A stretch of DNA of 64,000 bases, taken from NCBI GenBank assembly GCA_019118345.1, contig DWZD01000051.1:1498-65497 (forward strand), read 5' to 3'. A model generated the notes under the pieces. It was not told the origin of the DNA, ran no database searches, and worked only from the letters and a program-made list of their open reading frames with translations. Position 1 is the stretch's first letter. Each line of letters starts with the position of its first letter. This DNA comes from Candidatus Desulfovibrio intestinavium (GTDB taxonomy: Bacteria > Desulfobacterota > Desulfovibrionia > Desulfovibrionales > Desulfovibrionaceae). Positions 1 through 10,501 of the stretch are shown piece after piece. The translations under genes were made by a program, and so were the position numbers.

Positions 1-177
1 GCCGCTCACCAGCAGACCTGACGCCCGGGCGAGGGGAAGCGGCTCGGGGATGCACAGCCTGCCATATTGCCATTCGTCAAAGGAGGTCACGAAGCACAGC
101 AGGCACAGAGCATTGCAACGCAGCCCCGCAAGCAGAACCCGGCTGACATATTTTATGCCCTTCTCCCTCGCGCTCAT
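1..177 (-). CDS. 5' part of an unidentified ORF that runs off the left edge (59 sense codons, no stop in window)
   Basis: ATG at 177-175 on the minus strand is followed by 59 open codons to base 1 (MSAREKGIKYVSRVLLAGLRCNALCLLCF...). GGAGGG lies directly upstream but with almost no spacer. It is absent from the ORF track because it is open-ended. I recognise no family. Confidence 0.2.
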   Translation of the reverse strand, partial: MSAREKGIKYVSRVLLAGLRCNALCLLCFVTSFDEWQYGRLCIPEPLPLARASGLLVSG

Positions 178-283
178 CCCTCCGGCCACGTTGCTTGTGC
201 AGACCACATAATCGACAACAGATCGAACTCCTACGTTTTCAGGTCAAAATCATGTTCCTGCACGTTGACAAACGATATGGCGG

Positions 284-1306
284 TTACCTCAAAACGCCTT
301 CTGGCGAGAGGGGACGGATATTTTGCAGAAGTATTTCCCACATGGCATGGAACGTATCCATATCTCCGTCAGGACTCTTGCCAGCCCCCATGGCGAGTGA
401 TGGAATAAAGGCATTTCTGCCTGGACCATTATAATTGAAAGACCAAAAGGCCATGTTATCGTCATCTTTTTTCAGTGACTCCCAGCCCTTGCCTGGGAAA
501 TAGGGTATCTTGATCATTTTGGATCGGGAATAAATGCCAAAGCCGCGCAAGTCCTTCATACGCTTTTCTATATGCGATTCCGATCTTGATCTTGGATTTG
601 TATTGGTGACTATCCTGAGTCTGTACGTGTCTTCAATGTCTGCAAAGAAAATTGCCATACGTTCATCATAATTAAAACTATTGTTTATCATCTCGCCATA
701 ATAGGTATGGAATACATTGCCGTGCTGAACATCATGTCCATGGCGATATTTTTTGTAAAAGTCAGCAAGAATACAAATAATCTTGTTGGTGACATCATCT
801 TTTTCAGGTTCATCTGGATACCTGTATGAATTTAATCCAACTATATGTAAAATATGACTTTTTTCAAGAATTACCATATGAAAATTATAATGTCTCCCTT
901 CATCATAACAAATAAAGTGAGCATGAGCATTGAATTTATTGCTTACATCCCAATCAAAATATAAATCATAACTATTTTTGTATTGTGTTATTACTTCTGA
1001 AACACTCTTTTCCCATTCCTGTTTTGCATTGCCAGAAATACTTTTAAGCGGATATTCATAAACCTTAATCGGATAAGCAAGCGAATAGTCCTTACCATCT
1101 GGCGTGCGACTGTCCCAAACAAAAACACACTTCTCAACCAGTGGTTTCAGAAAGCTGGGCACGGTTACAGAAAGCCGACCAAGCTGGTACGTGCGAAGCG
1201 GCATATTGGCCAAAGCAGGCACAGCGCCGCCCAGATTTCCGAGCCCCACCGTGGCGGCCGCGACTGCCGTAACACCGGCCTGTTTTAAAAAATCGCGTCT
1301 TCTCAT
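284..1306 (-). CDS. Tat-signal exported protein of unknown function, possibly a T6SS immunity Tli4-like family member
   Basis: Start chosen at the internal ATG (1306) preceded by GAGGGCAAGGGG. The N-terminus MRRRDFLKQAGVTAVAAATVGLG...ALA-N is a textbook twin-arginine signal. The mature part begins ...RTYQLGRLSVTVP and ends ...FHAMWEILLQNIRPL, which resembles my memory of Tli4-family immunity proteins (not verified). The core of the gene (~420-1100) is strikingly AT-rich. Confidence 0.75.
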   Translation of the reverse strand: MRRRDFLKQAGVTAVAAATVGLGNLGGAVPALANMPLRTYQLGRLSVTVPSFLKPLVEKCVFVWDSRTPDGKDYSLAYPIKVYEYPLKSISGNAKQEWEKSVSEVITQYKNSYDLYFDWDVSNKFNAHAHFICYDEGRHYNFHMVILEKSHILHIVGLNSYRYPDEPEKDDVTNKIICILADFYKKYRHGHDVQHGNVFHTYYGEMINNSFNYDERMAIFFADIEDTYRLRIVTNTNPRSRSESHIEKRMKDLRGFGIYSRSKMIKIPYFPGKGWESLKKDDDNMAFWSFNYNGPGRNAFIPSLAMGAGKSPDGDMDTFHAMWEILLQNIRPLSPEGVLR

Positions 1307-1766
1307 GGGACGCCCCTTGCCCTCTGCGATACCGAATGGAATTTTGTCCCCGACGCCAGTTGCCATGCGCCCAACATATTTGCCCATTAACGCCATCATG
1401 GCACCTGGCACTACCCTTGAAAAGATGCCGGATACCTGACCGCATTCATTTTGCCCAGAATTGTCTTGACTTCAGGGGCGGGTCATACATGCACATTCTC
1501 TCTCCCTCCGCGCTGCGGAGATACTCGGCAAGTCAGCGGCTTCTGAATCTCTGCGGCTGCTCTGGTGCTGGCTTGCCGCAACTTCTGGCTTTTTCATGTA
1601 AGGAGAAAAGCACCTTTTTGCAAGAAATCCGCCGCCAGCCCGGGGCCTTGCCCCGCGCTTGAGGCGCGGGACAAGGCATGCTATGGACATTGTCGGGCGG
1701 CGTGTTTCCTGCGCCGCCCTTCCTTTCATCATCCAGCCGCCGGAGGCCTCCGGCCGAGGAACACGC

Positions 1767-4700
1767 ATGTCCGATTTCGTGCATCTGCACTGCCATACCG
1801 AGTACAGCCTGCTGGACGGCGCCATTCGCCTCAAGGACTTGTGCAACCGGGCCAAGGATTACGGCATGCCCGCCTGCGCCATTACCGATCATGGCAACAT
1901 GTACGGCGCAGCCTATTTTGCCAGGCAGTGCGCCGAGGTCGGCATCAAGCCCATTTTCGGCTGCGAGGTCTATGTTTGCCATGACCATCTGGACAAAACC
2001 TCCGAGCTGGCCCGCAAGCGCAACCATCTCATCCTGCTGGCCCAGAACGATGCGGGCTACCACAACCTTGTCAAGCTCGTGACCAAGGGCTTTCTGGAGG
2101 GCTTTCATTACAAGCCGCGCGTGGACAAGGCCCTGCTGCGCCGCTACAGCGAGGGGCTTATCTGCCTCTCGGCCTGCATCGCGGGCGAGGTGCCGCGCGC
2201 CATTCAGGCCGGGGACATGGACAAGGCGCTTGCGCTGGCCCGGGAATACGCCGACATCTATCCGGATCGCTTCTATCTGGAATTGCAGTCCAACGGCCTG
2301 CAGGAGCAGGTGGTCGTCAACAACGGCCTGATGGAGATCGCCGAACAGCTCCGTCTGCCGTTGGTGGCCACCAACGACTGCCATTATCTCAATGCCGACG
2401 ACGTGGAAGCCCACGAGGTGCTGCTCTGCATCCAGACCCAGACCACGATGGACGATCCCAAGCACATGCGTTTCGAGACCACGGAACTCTATTACAAGAG
2501 CGTGGAGGAAATGGAGGCCGCCTTCGGCCATGTGCCGGAGGCGCTGGCCAATACCATGCGCATTGCCGAACAATGCAACGTGGAGCTGGATTTCGGCCAC
2601 CATTATTTCCCGGTCTATCCCCTGCCCGAGGGGGCCACGCTGGAATCGGAATTTCGGCGGCTGGCCGAGGAAGGGCTGGAACAGCGCCTGCGCAAGCATC
2701 CCGATCCCGCCTCGGTGGATGCGGACGCCTACCGCGAACGCCTGCGCTACGAGCTGGACGTCATCTGCGACATGGGCTTTCCGGGTTATTTTCTCATCGT
2801 GCAGGAGTTCATCAACTGGGCCAAGGATCACGGCATCCCGGTAGGGCCGGGGCGCGGTTCGGCGGCGGGCAGCCTCGTGGCCTGGGCCTTGCGCATCACC
2901 AACCTGGATCCCATCCCCTACAATCTGCTGTTCGAGCGCTTCCTCAATGCCGAGCGCGTGAGCCTGCCCGATATCGACGTGGACTTCTGCGAACGCCGCC
3001 GCACGGAAGTCATCCAGCACATGGTGGACACCTACGGCAAGGACAGCGTGGCGCAGATCACCACCTTCGGCACCATGAAGGCCAAGGGCGTGGTGCGCGA
3101 CGTGGGCCGGGCGCTGGGCATGAGCTTTGCCGAGACCGACCGCATCGCCAAGATGGTGCCCGACGATCTCAAGATGACCGTCAACAAGGCCATGGAAGCC
3201 GAACCGGAACTGCAAAAGCTCTATGACGGCGATCCGCAGGTCAAGAAGCTGCTGGACACGGCCCGGCGGCTGGAAGGGCTGGCCCGCCACGCCTCCACCC
3301 ATGCGGCGGGGCTGGTGGTCTCCGACAAGCCGATGGACGAATATCTGCCGCTCTATACGGGCAAGCGCGGCGAACTCGTCACCCAGTTCGACGGCCCCAT
3401 GACCGAGCAGACCGGCCTTGTGAAGTTCGACTTCCTCGGCCTCAAGACCATGACGCTCATTCAGGACACCCTGGACAACATCAGCCTGCAGGGACAGACG
3501 CCGCCGGATCTCGACAATCTGCCGCTCACCGACGCGGCCACCTATGAACTCTATTCGCGCGGGGACACGGACGGCGTCTTTCAGGTGGAAAGTTCGGGCA
3601 TGCGCCAGTATCTGCGCATGCTCAGGCCCTCCTGCTTCGAGGACGTCATCGCCATGCTGGCCCTCTACCGGCCCGGGCCGCTGGGTTCGGGCATGGTGGA
3701 TGAATTCATCAAGCGCAAGCACGGGCAGGTGCCGGTCATCTATCCGCACGACTCCCTGAACGACTGCCTGCGGGATACGTACGGCGTCATCGTCTATCAG
3801 GAACAGGTCATGCAGATCGCCCAGATCATCGCCAATTACACCCTGGGCGGGGCCGACCTGCTGCGGCGGGCCATGGGCAAGAAGAAGGCCGAGGCCATGG
3901 CCAAGGAACGCGTCAAGTTCGTGGACGGCGCCCTGGCCAACGGCATCGATCAGGCCAAGGCCGACGAAATCTTCGACCTCATGGAAAAATTCGCGGCCTA
4001 CGGCTTCAACAAGTCCCACTCGGCGGCCTATGCGCTGGTGTCCTACTTCACGGCCTACCTCAAGGTGCACCACAAGGTGGAATTCATGGCCGCGCTCATG
4101 ACCTCGGAAATGGGCAATCAGGACAAGCTGCTGAAGTACGTCTCCTGCTGCAAGGATATGGGCATCGACGTGGTGCAGCCCTCCATCAACGACAGCCAGC
4201 GGGCCTTTTCGGCCAAGGACGGCAAGGTGGTCTTCGGCCTCGGCGGCATCAAGAACGTGGGGGATGAAGCCATCCGCGAGATCATCGAGGCCCGGGCGGA
4301 CGACGGCCCCTATACCTCCCTGCTCGATCTCTGCTGCCGGGTGAACTTGCGCAAGGTGACCCGGCGGGTGCTGGAATCGCTCATCAAGGGCGGGGCCTGC
4401 GACTGCCTCGGCGTGAGCCGGGCGGCCCTTTTCGCCACCCTTGACGGGGTGGTGGCCCGAGCGCAGAAAAAGGCGAAGGAAAAGGAATCCAATCAGGTTT
4501 CCCTGCTGGCCCTGGCCCCGCAGGTGGAGAGCGCCCCGCCGCCCGGCATCGGCATGGATTTCCCCGAGGCGAACATGGCCGAATGGGATAATGACGAGAA
4601 GCTGCGCTTTGAAAAGGAGGCGCTCGGCTTCTTCCTCACCAGCCACCCCCTGCAGCCCTTCAGCCGCGAGATCCGGCGCATGAACCTCGTGACGCTGGAA

Positions 4701-5243
4701 GCCGCGCGAGATCGCTATCCCGGTGAGGAAATCGCCTGCCCGGCGCTGGTCACCAGCATCAAGGAGGTGCTCACCAAGTCCAAGGGCGAACGCATGGCCT
4801 TTGTGAGCATCGAGGATCTGACCGGACACGCCGAGGTGACCTTCTTTCCCCGGGCCTATGCCGAAGCCCGCGACCTGCTCAAGAGCGATCAGCCCCTCTG
4901 CCTGCGGGCGCGCCTTGACCGGCAGGACGATGTGGGGCAGGACAGCGAGGAGGACGGCGAGGAGACCCCGCGCGAGGTCAAGCTGCTGGGACAGGGCGTG
5001 CAGCTCTTGCGCGAGGCCTGCGGCCAGAACGACAATCCCTATGACGTGACCATCCCGGCCCGGCGGCTGGGCCGCGAGCATATCCTGAGCCTGAAGAACA
5101 TCCTGAGCGCCCATGCCGGCGAGGTGGAAACCCGGGCCATCGTCCAGCTGGACGGCTACTGCTGCCTGCTCCAGCTGGGGGCGCAATACCGGGTCAGCCC
5201 CGGCCCGGAGCTGGACAGCGCCCTGGCGGCCTGGGCCTCGTAG
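1767..5243 (+). CDS. dnaE: DNA polymerase III alpha subunit
   Basis: MSDFVHLHCHTEYSLLDGAIRLKDL... PHP domain start, 1158 aa, GAGGA RBS 7 nt upstream of the ATG at 1767. The ORF-track start at 1659 is an upstream extension. Confidence 0.97.
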   Translation: MSDFVHLHCHTEYSLLDGAIRLKDLCNRAKDYGMPACAITDHGNMYGAAYFARQCAEVGIKPIFGCEVYVCHDHLDKTSELARKRNHLILLAQNDAGYHNLVKLVTKGFLEGFHYKPRVDKALLRRYSEGLICLSACIAGEVPRAIQAGDMDKALALAREYADIYPDRFYLELQSNGLQEQVVVNNGLMEIAEQLRLPLVATNDCHYLNADDVEAHEVLLCIQTQTTMDDPKHMRFETTELYYKSVEEMEAAFGHVPEALANTMRIAEQCNVELDFGHHYFPVYPLPEGATLESEFRRLAEEGLEQRLRKHPDPASVDADAYRERLRYELDVICDMGFPGYFLIVQEFINWAKDHGIPVGPGRGSAAGSLVAWALRITNLDPIPYNLLFERFLNAERVSLPDIDVDFCERRRTEVIQHMVDTYGKDSVAQITTFGTMKAKGVVRDVGRALGMSFAETDRIAKMVPDDLKMTVNKAMEAEPELQKLYDGDPQVKKLLDTARRLEGLARHASTHAAGLVVSDKPMDEYLPLYTGKRGELVTQFDGPMTEQTGLVKFDFLGLKTMTLIQDTLDNISLQGQTPPDLDNLPLTDAATYELYSRGDTDGVFQVESSGMRQYLRMLRPSCFEDVIAMLALYRPGPLGSGMVDEFIKRKHGQVPVIYPHDSLNDCLRDTYGVIVYQEQVMQIAQIIANYTLGGADLLRRAMGKKKAEAMAKERVKFVDGALANGIDQAKADEIFDLMEKFAAYGFNKSHSAAYALVSYFTAYLKVHHKVEFMAALMTSEMGNQDKLLKYVSCCKDMGIDVVQPSINDSQRAFSAKDGKVVFGLGGIKNVGDEAIREIIEARADDGPYTSLLDLCCRVNLRKVTRRVLESLIKGGACDCLGVSRAALFATLDGVVARAQKKAKEKESNQVSLLALAPQVESAPPPGIGMDFPEANMAEWDNDEKLRFEKEALGFFLTSHPLQPFSREIRRMNLVTLEAARDRYPGEEIACPALVTSIKEVLTKSKGERMAFVSIEDLTGHAEVTFFPRAYAEARDLLKSDQPLCLRARLDRQDDVGQDSEEDGEETPREVKLLGQGVQLLREACGQNDNPYDVTIPARRLGREHILSLKNILSAHAGEVETRAIVQLDGYCCLLQLGAQYRVSPGPELDSALAAWAS

Positions 5244-5318
5244 GCGGCGGGTACGCTTTTTGAATGACCGTTTGCCACAGACGACAATCTGACGCTCCCC
5301 GGAGCCGGAGGAAACATC

Positions 5319-5477
5319 ATGTCCCTGTTTTCATGGTTGCAGAACCTTGTCACCCCGCCGCTGGACGATGACCCCGAAAGCGACGCCAGCTATGAATGGG
5401 ATCAGAACGCCCGCATCATTCTGGCCATCATCGTCATGGTCATCGCGGCCATCATCATGTATTGGATTCTCCGATGA
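5319..5477 (+). CDS. 52-aa small membrane protein (unannotated, below the ORF-track length cut-off)
   Basis: GGAGGAAACATC-ATG RBS. Translation is MSLFSWLQNLVTPPLDDDPESDASYEWDQNARIILAIIVMVIAAIIMYWILR, with an acidic N-terminus and one clear C-terminal TM helix. Its stop overlaps the queD start in an ATGA (5474-5477). Confidence 0.5.
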   Translation: MSLFSWLQNLVTPPLDDDPESDASYEWDQNARIILAIIVMVIAAIIMYWILR

Positions 5478-5893
5478 ACAGAAAGAAATGCTGGCGCCTC
5501 ACGGTGCGGGACGAATTTTCCTCCGGCCATGCCCTGCGGCATTATGAAGGCAAGTGCGAACGCCTGCACGGGCACAACTTCGGCGTGGAACTCACCGTAC
5601 AGGGCGAAAAGCTGCTGCCGGACACGGAACTGCTGCTGGATTTCAAGGTGCTGCGCGAGGCCCTCAAGGCCGCGCTGGACGAGCTGGATCACCGGGTGCT
5701 CAACGAGACGCCGCCCTTTGACGCGATCAATCCCTCCTCCGAGAATCTGGCCCGGCATATCTGGCAGAACGTGGCCCGTCGCCTGCGGGAGCATCCCGAT
5801 CCGCAGGCCCGTCAGGTGGAACTGGTGAGCGTGGCCGTTTCCGAAAAGGGACGCCAGACCGCCACCTATCTGGAATGGGACGAGCGGGATTGA
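5474..5893 (+). CDS. queD: 6-carboxy-5,6,7,8-tetrahydropterin synthase (6-pyruvoyl-tetrahydropterin synthase family)
   Basis: CWRLTVRDEFSSGHALRHYEGKCERLHGHNFGVELTV... matches the QueD/PTPS Cys plus His-x-His zinc/active-site pattern. Start at the internal ATG 5474, coupled to the upstream small ORF. Confidence 0.88.
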   Translation: MNRKKCWRLTVRDEFSSGHALRHYEGKCERLHGHNFGVELTVQGEKLLPDTELLLDFKVLREALKAALDELDHRVLNETPPFDAINPSSENLARHIWQNVARRLREHPDPQARQVELVSVAVSEKGRQTATYLEWDERD

Positions 5894-5897
5894 CCCC

Positions 5898-6752
5898 ATG
5901 AGCCGGGCGTTCTGCCTGCTGCATGCCAATTGTCAGGGCGAGGCCCTGCGCCTGCTGCTGGAGGCCAGCCCGGCCTTTGCCCGGCGCTTTCGCGTGCTGC
6001 ATGTGCTCAACTACACGCGCGAACAGCTGCCCGACGCCCTGCTCGACGGCTGCGCCCTCTACCTGCATCAGGAACTCGACGCCAAATGGGGCGAACTTTC
6101 CAGCGCCGAAATACGCCGCCGCCTGCCGCCTGCCTGTCAGGTTCTGCGCCTGCCCAATCTCTTCTTCCGGGGCTACTGGCCCACCTGGACGCATCTGCCC
6201 GGCGTGGATTTTGCCGACAGCCTGCTGGAAACATTGCTGCAGCGCGGCCTGTCCCCGCTGGAGGCCAGTTTTTTCTACGAGCGTGCGCGGCCTGCCGTCT
6301 TCGGCTCGCCGGCCGGCATCGCCGAAGCCTCCCTGCGCCGCGAGGAGGAAAAGGAACGCGACGCCCCCATCCGCTGCGCGCCGCTCCTGCGCGAACACTG
6401 GCGCACGGAACAGCTTTTCCTCACGGTCAATCATCCGGGCCGCCGCCTGACGCTCTTTGTGGCCGACAGCGTGCTGCGCCTGCTGGGACTGGGCGGCCTG
6501 CCGGAAAGCGCGGCCCGGGCCTTCGCCCTGCCGCAGGAGGACTTCTGGCTGCCCCTGCCCCCGGCCCTGGGCCAGCCCGAGGCCGACGGCGGCCTGGGCC
6601 TGCCCTTTGCAAGCCGCACGCGCCGCTACCGCATCTTTGCCCGACAGATGACCGCCGGCGACTATGCGCGCTGCTATCTGAGCTGCCGGGCGGCGGGCGA
6701 AGGCCATCTGCTTTCCTTTCTGTCCCATCTGCCGCCCGACCGGCCCGCCTGA
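5898..6752 (+). CDS. Hypothetical protein, possibly WcbI-family (polysaccharide-biosynthesis putative acetyltransferase)
   Basis: 284-aa ORF starting 5 nt after the queD stop. The N-terminal FCLLHANCQGEALRLLL resembles the (G/A)NCQ start I associate with WcbI-domain proteins. The family call is from memory only. Confidence 0.6.
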   Translation: MSRAFCLLHANCQGEALRLLLEASPAFARRFRVLHVLNYTREQLPDALLDGCALYLHQELDAKWGELSSAEIRRRLPPACQVLRLPNLFFRGYWPTWTHLPGVDFADSLLETLLQRGLSPLEASFFYERARPAVFGSPAGIAEASLRREEEKERDAPIRCAPLLREHWRTEQLFLTVNHPGRRLTLFVADSVLRLLGLGGLPESAARAFALPQEDFWLPLPPALGQPEADGGLGLPFASRTRRYRIFARQMTAGDYARCYLSCRAAGEGHLLSFLSHLPPDRPA

Positions 6753-6977
6753 CGCGAGGCCGGGACGGCTCGCCGGCGTCCCTTGACTTTGCGCGCGTCT
6801 TTGCGGAAAATTACCGCCTTATGAACAGACGGAGAGGCCCCTTGCCGGAAGACGCCGGCAAGCCGCCTTCACAGCCGTATGCAATGCCGTGAAAAGCCGG
6901 GCTTTTTGCGGGAAACGCGCTGTGCGCAACACGGGAAATGCACGGAGCCGCCCTTCCTATCCGCTCCGGGAGCCAGC

Positions 6978-9794
6978 ATGAGCGACTACAAGAAAACCTT
7001 GAATCTGCCCCAGACCGCCTTCCCCATGAAGGCCAATCTTGCCCAGCGCGAGCCGCAGATGCTCAAGCACTGGGAAGAGATCGACGCCTGCCGCGCCATG
7101 ATCGAGCACGATACCCGCAAGGGGCCATTTGTGCTGCATGACGGCCCGCCCTATGCCAACGGGCACATCCACATGGGCACGGCGCTCAACAAGATTCTCA
7201 AGGATATCATCATCAAGGCCCGCAACATGCAGGGTCACGAAGCCCGCTATGTGCCCGGCTGGGACTGCCACGGCCTGCCCATCGAGCTGAAGGTCGAACA
7301 GGAACTCAAGAAAAAGAAGAAGGAACTGCCTGCCCATGTGGTGCGCAAGCTCTGCCGCGAATACGCCGGCAAGTGGATCGACATCCAGCGCAAGGAATTC
7401 AAGCGCCTGGGCGTGCTGGGCGACTGGGACAATCCCTACATGAGCATGACGCCCGCCTACGAGGCGGCCACCGCGCGCGAACTGGCCAATTTCGTGGCGG
7501 CGGGCAACGTCATCCGGGCCAAGAAGCCCATTTACTGGTGCTGCTCCTGTCATACGGCCCTGGCCGAAGCCGAGGTGGAATATGCCGATCACAGCTCGCC
7601 CTCCATCTTCGTGCGCTTTCCGCTGACTGACGCCCGCCTGGGCGAGGCGCTGCCCGGGGCCGATCCGGCGCGGGCCTTTGTGGTCATCTGGACGACCACG
7701 CCGTGGACCCTGCCGGACAATATGGCCGTCTGCCTGCACCCGGAATTCGAGTATGTGCTGGTGGAGGTTGACGGCGCGCAATACCTGCTGGCCGCCGAGC
7801 TGCTGGAGAGCTGCGCCCGGACCTTCGGCTGGGGCGAACCGCGCATCGTGGCCCGGACGACGGGCGAGAAGCTGGAACATCTCACGGCCCGTCACCCCTT
7901 CTACGACCGGCCCTCGCCGCTCGTGCTGGGCCGCCATGTGACCCTTGACGCGGGCACGGGCTGCGTGCATACCGCGCCGGGTCACGGCCGCGAGGACTAC
8001 GAAGTGGGCCTTGCCTACGGCCTCGACATCTATTCGCCCCTGGACGACGCGGGCCGCTTTCTGCCCAGCGTGGAACATTTCGCGGGCCTCAACGTCTTCG
8101 AGGCCAATGGCCCGGTCATCGAAAAATTGAAGGAAGTGGGCAACCTGCTGCATGCGGGCACCATCTCCCACTCCTATCCGCATTGCTGGCGCTGCAAGAA
8201 GCCGGTCATCTTCCGGGCCACCACGCAGTGGTTCATCAGCATGGAGAAGAATGACCTCCGCCAGCGGGCGCTCACGGCCATCAACGAGAAGGTGCGCTGG
8301 ATTCCGGCCTGGGGCCGGGAACGCATTTACAATATGATCGAATCCCGGCCCGACTGGTGCATTTCGCGTCAGCGGCAGTGGGGCGTACCCATCATGGCCC
8401 TGATTTGCGAGGACTGCGGCGCGGCCTGGAACGACGCCGACTGGATGCGCGCCATGAGCGACCGCTTTGCCGCGCACCCCACCGGCTGCGACTACTGGTA
8501 CGAAGCGCCGCTGGAAGACATCGTGCCCGCCGGTCTGACCTGCCCCCACTGCGGCGGCTCGCACTGGAAGCGCGAAACCGACATCCTGGATGTCTGGTTC
8601 GATTCCGGCACGAGCTGGGCTGCGGTGCTGGAAGCCCGGCCCGAACTGTCCTTCCCGGCGGATCTTTACCTCGAAGGCTCGGATCAGCATCGGGGCTGGT
8701 TCCACAGCTCCCTGCTGGCGGCCGAGGGCACGCGCGGCACGCCGCCCTACCGGGCCGTGCTCACCCACGGCTACGTGGTGGACGGCAACGGACGCAAGAT
8801 GTCCAAATCCGTGGGCAATGTCATTGCGCCGCAGGAACTCATCGACAAATTCGGGGCCGAAATCATCCGCCTCTGGGTCAGTTCCGTGGAATACCGGGAA
8901 GACGTGCGCATTTCCGACGAAATTCTCGGCCGGCTCGTGGACGCCTACCGCCGCATTCGCAATACGGCCCGCTTCATGCTGGGCAATCTGGCCGACCTGC
9001 ACCGCACGGATCTCCTGCCTGTCGCCGAGCTGCTGCCGCTGGATCGCTATGCGCTGGATGTGGCCGCGCGCCTGCATCAGCGCATTCAGCAGGCCTATAC
9101 GGAATACGAGTTCCACAAGGTCTACCATTCCCTGCACAACTACTGCGCCACCGACCTTTCCGGCGTCTATCTGGACGGCCTCAAGGATCGGCTCTATGCC
9201 TCCGCGCCGGACAGCCGGGAACGGCGTTCGGCACAGACCGCCCTCTATCATCTGACCTGCCTGCTCGCGCGGGACATGGCCCCGGTGCTCTCCTTCACCG
9301 CGGAGGAAATCTACCTCGCCCTGCCCAATGATCTGCGCGACGCGGCCCCCACGGTCTTCGCCCTGCCCGCGCCGGACGTGACGCCCTTCCTGCTGGAAGA
9401 CGGCGTGCGCGACGACTGGAACGTGCTCATGGCCGTGCGCGGCGTGGTGACCCGCGCCATCGAGCCGTTGCGCCGCGACGGTGTGGTGGGCCATTCGCTG
9501 GATACCCGCATCACCCTCCATCTGAGTGATGAGCTGCGGGAACGGCTGGACAGCCTGCACGCCGATCTGCGGGAATTCTGCATTGTCTCGCAAATCCTGA
9601 CCGCGCCGCTGGCCGATGCGCCGCAAAATGCCCTGACCGATGCCGACCTGCCCGGCCTGGCCGTGGCTGTGGAGCGGGCACACGGCGAAAAGTGCGAACG
9701 CTGCTGGATCTACAGCACGGAACTGGGGCAGGATGCCGATCATCCCGGCCTTTGCCCGCGCTGCGCGGCGGTGATGAAGGAATCCGCCCGGTGA
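6978..9794 (+). CDS. ileS: Isoleucine--tRNA ligase
   Basis: [21 protein letters not shown]..., HIGH-type motif [16 protein letters not shown] motif ([10 protein letters not shown]), and a C-terminal Zn-finger CERCW...CPRC. 938 aa. Confidence 0.97.
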   Translation: MSDYKKTLNLPQTAFPMKANLAQREPQMLKHWEEIDACRAMIEHDTRKGPFVLHDGPPYANGHIHMGTALNKILKDIIIKARNMQGHEARYVPGWDCHGLPIELKVEQELKKKKKELPAHVVRKLCREYAGKWIDIQRKEFKRLGVLGDWDNPYMSMTPAYEAATARELANFVAAGNVIRAKKPIYWCCSCHTALAEAEVEYADHSSPSIFVRFPLTDARLGEALPGADPARAFVVIWTTTPWTLPDNMAVCLHPEFEYVLVEVDGAQYLLAAELLESCARTFGWGEPRIVARTTGEKLEHLTARHPFYDRPSPLVLGRHVTLDAGTGCVHTAPGHGREDYEVGLAYGLDIYSPLDDAGRFLPSVEHFAGLNVFEANGPVIEKLKEVGNLLHAGTISHSYPHCWRCKKPVIFRATTQWFISMEKNDLRQRALTAINEKVRWIPAWGRERIYNMIESRPDWCISRQRQWGVPIMALICEDCGAAWNDADWMRAMSDRFAAHPTGCDYWYEAPLEDIVPAGLTCPHCGGSHWKRETDILDVWFDSGTSWAAVLEARPELSFPADLYLEGSDQHRGWFHSSLLAAEGTRGTPPYRAVLTHGYVVDGNGRKMSKSVGNVIAPQELIDKFGAEIIRLWVSSVEYREDVRISDEILGRLVDAYRRIRNTARFMLGNLADLHRTDLLPVAELLPLDRYALDVAARLHQRIQQAYTEYEFHKVYHSLHNYCATDLSGVYLDGLKDRLYASAPDSRERRSAQTALYHLTCLLARDMAPVLSFTAEEIYLALPNDLRDAAPTVFALPAPDVTPFLLEDGVRDDWNVLMAVRGVVTRAIEPLRRDGVVGHSLDTRITLHLSDELRERLDSLHADLREFCIVSQILTAPLADAPQNALTDADLPGLAVAVERAHGEKCERCWIYSTELGQDADHPGLCPRCAAVMKESAR

Positions 9795-10288
9795 AGCTGC
9801 GTTACCGACAGCTTGGCGGCTATGCCCTGCTGGTGCTGCTGCTCGATCAGCTCAGCAAGTTCTGGGTGCTGTCCACCATTCCCGAGCACAAGAGCGTGCC
9901 CGTCATCCCCGGCCTGCTGGATCTCGTCAATATCCGCAACCGGGGCGCGGCCTTCGGCTTTCTCAACCGTTCGGACATCGAATGGCAGTTCTGGCTGTTC
10001 CTGCTGGCCACGCTGGCGGCCGTGACGGCCATCATCCTGCTGGTGCGCTCCTCGCCTGAGCAGCCGTGGCTGTTCCGGGCGCTGGGGCTGGTCATGGGCG
10101 GGGCGCTGGGCAATCTGGTTGATCGTCTGCGCTTCCGGGCGGTGGTGGATTTTCTGGATATCTATGTGGGCGACTGGCACTGGCCGGCCTTCAACGTGGC
10201 GGACATGGCCATTTGCGCGGGTGCGGGGCTGGCCTGCATCCTGCTCTGGCGGCAGCCCCATGCCCGACAGGGGAAGGACGCCTCATGA
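9791..10288 (+). CDS. lspA: Lipoprotein signal peptidase II
   Basis: The GTG start overlaps the ileS stop (GTGA at 9791-9794). [10 protein letters not shown]...NRGAAFGF...VVDFLD...FNVADMAI are typical LspA motifs. ileS-lspA synteny is classical. Confidence 0.9.
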   Translation: MKLRYRQLGGYALLVLLLDQLSKFWVLSTIPEHKSVPVIPGLLDLVNIRNRGAAFGFLNRSDIEWQFWLFLLATLAAVTAIILLVRSSPEQPWLFRALGLVMGGALGNLVDRLRFRAVVDFLDIYVGDWHWPAFNVADMAICAGAGLACILLWRQPHARQGKDAS

Positions 10289-10488
10289 CCTTTGCCTGGT
10301 GGCATATTCCGCTGGCCCTGCTGCCCATGCTGCCCGCATTCTGGAGCATCCTGCACATCTGGCGGCATCAGTTCGCCAGTCCGTTGCAGCGTGCCCTCTG
10401 GCTCCTGCTGGTGGTTTTTGTGCCCGTCCTCGGCGGGCTGATCTACATTGTGACCGGTCGCCGCAAGGCAGGCGACCCCTTCCCGTAA
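10285..10488 (+). CDS. Small membrane protein with a PLD-nuclease N-terminal (PLDc_N) type domain
   Basis: ATGA overlap with the lspA stop. The 67-aa product [26 protein letters not shown]...[24 protein letters not shown] has two TM helices and the PLDc_N-like C-terminal motif. Confidence 0.65.
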   Translation: MTFAWWHIPLALLPMLPAFWSILHIWRHQFASPLQRALWLLLVVFVPVLGGLIYIVTGRRKAGDPFP

Positions 10489-10501
10489 ATTGAGGTGCTT
10501 C

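Noticed and set aside
420-1100. An AT-rich block as an insertion sequence or transposon.
   Set aside because: It is entirely inside one continuous ORF with a functional-looking signal peptide. There is no transposase, no terminal inverted repeats and no target duplications visible.
1533-5186. A 1217-aa minus-strand ORF opposite dnaE. Analogous long mirror ORFs are at 6957-9743 (-), 13420-15975 (+), 26744-29497 (+), 30107-32797 (-), 35912-37417 (+), 50249-52798 (-), 58262-60349 (+) and 62788-63957 (-).
   Set aside because: Each lies exactly antisense to a gene with unambiguous family motifs: dnaE, ileS, nrdJ, secA, the 916-aa protein, ALDH, GRE, typA and the AccA-like gene. They lack RBSs and have shadow-ORF amino-acid composition.
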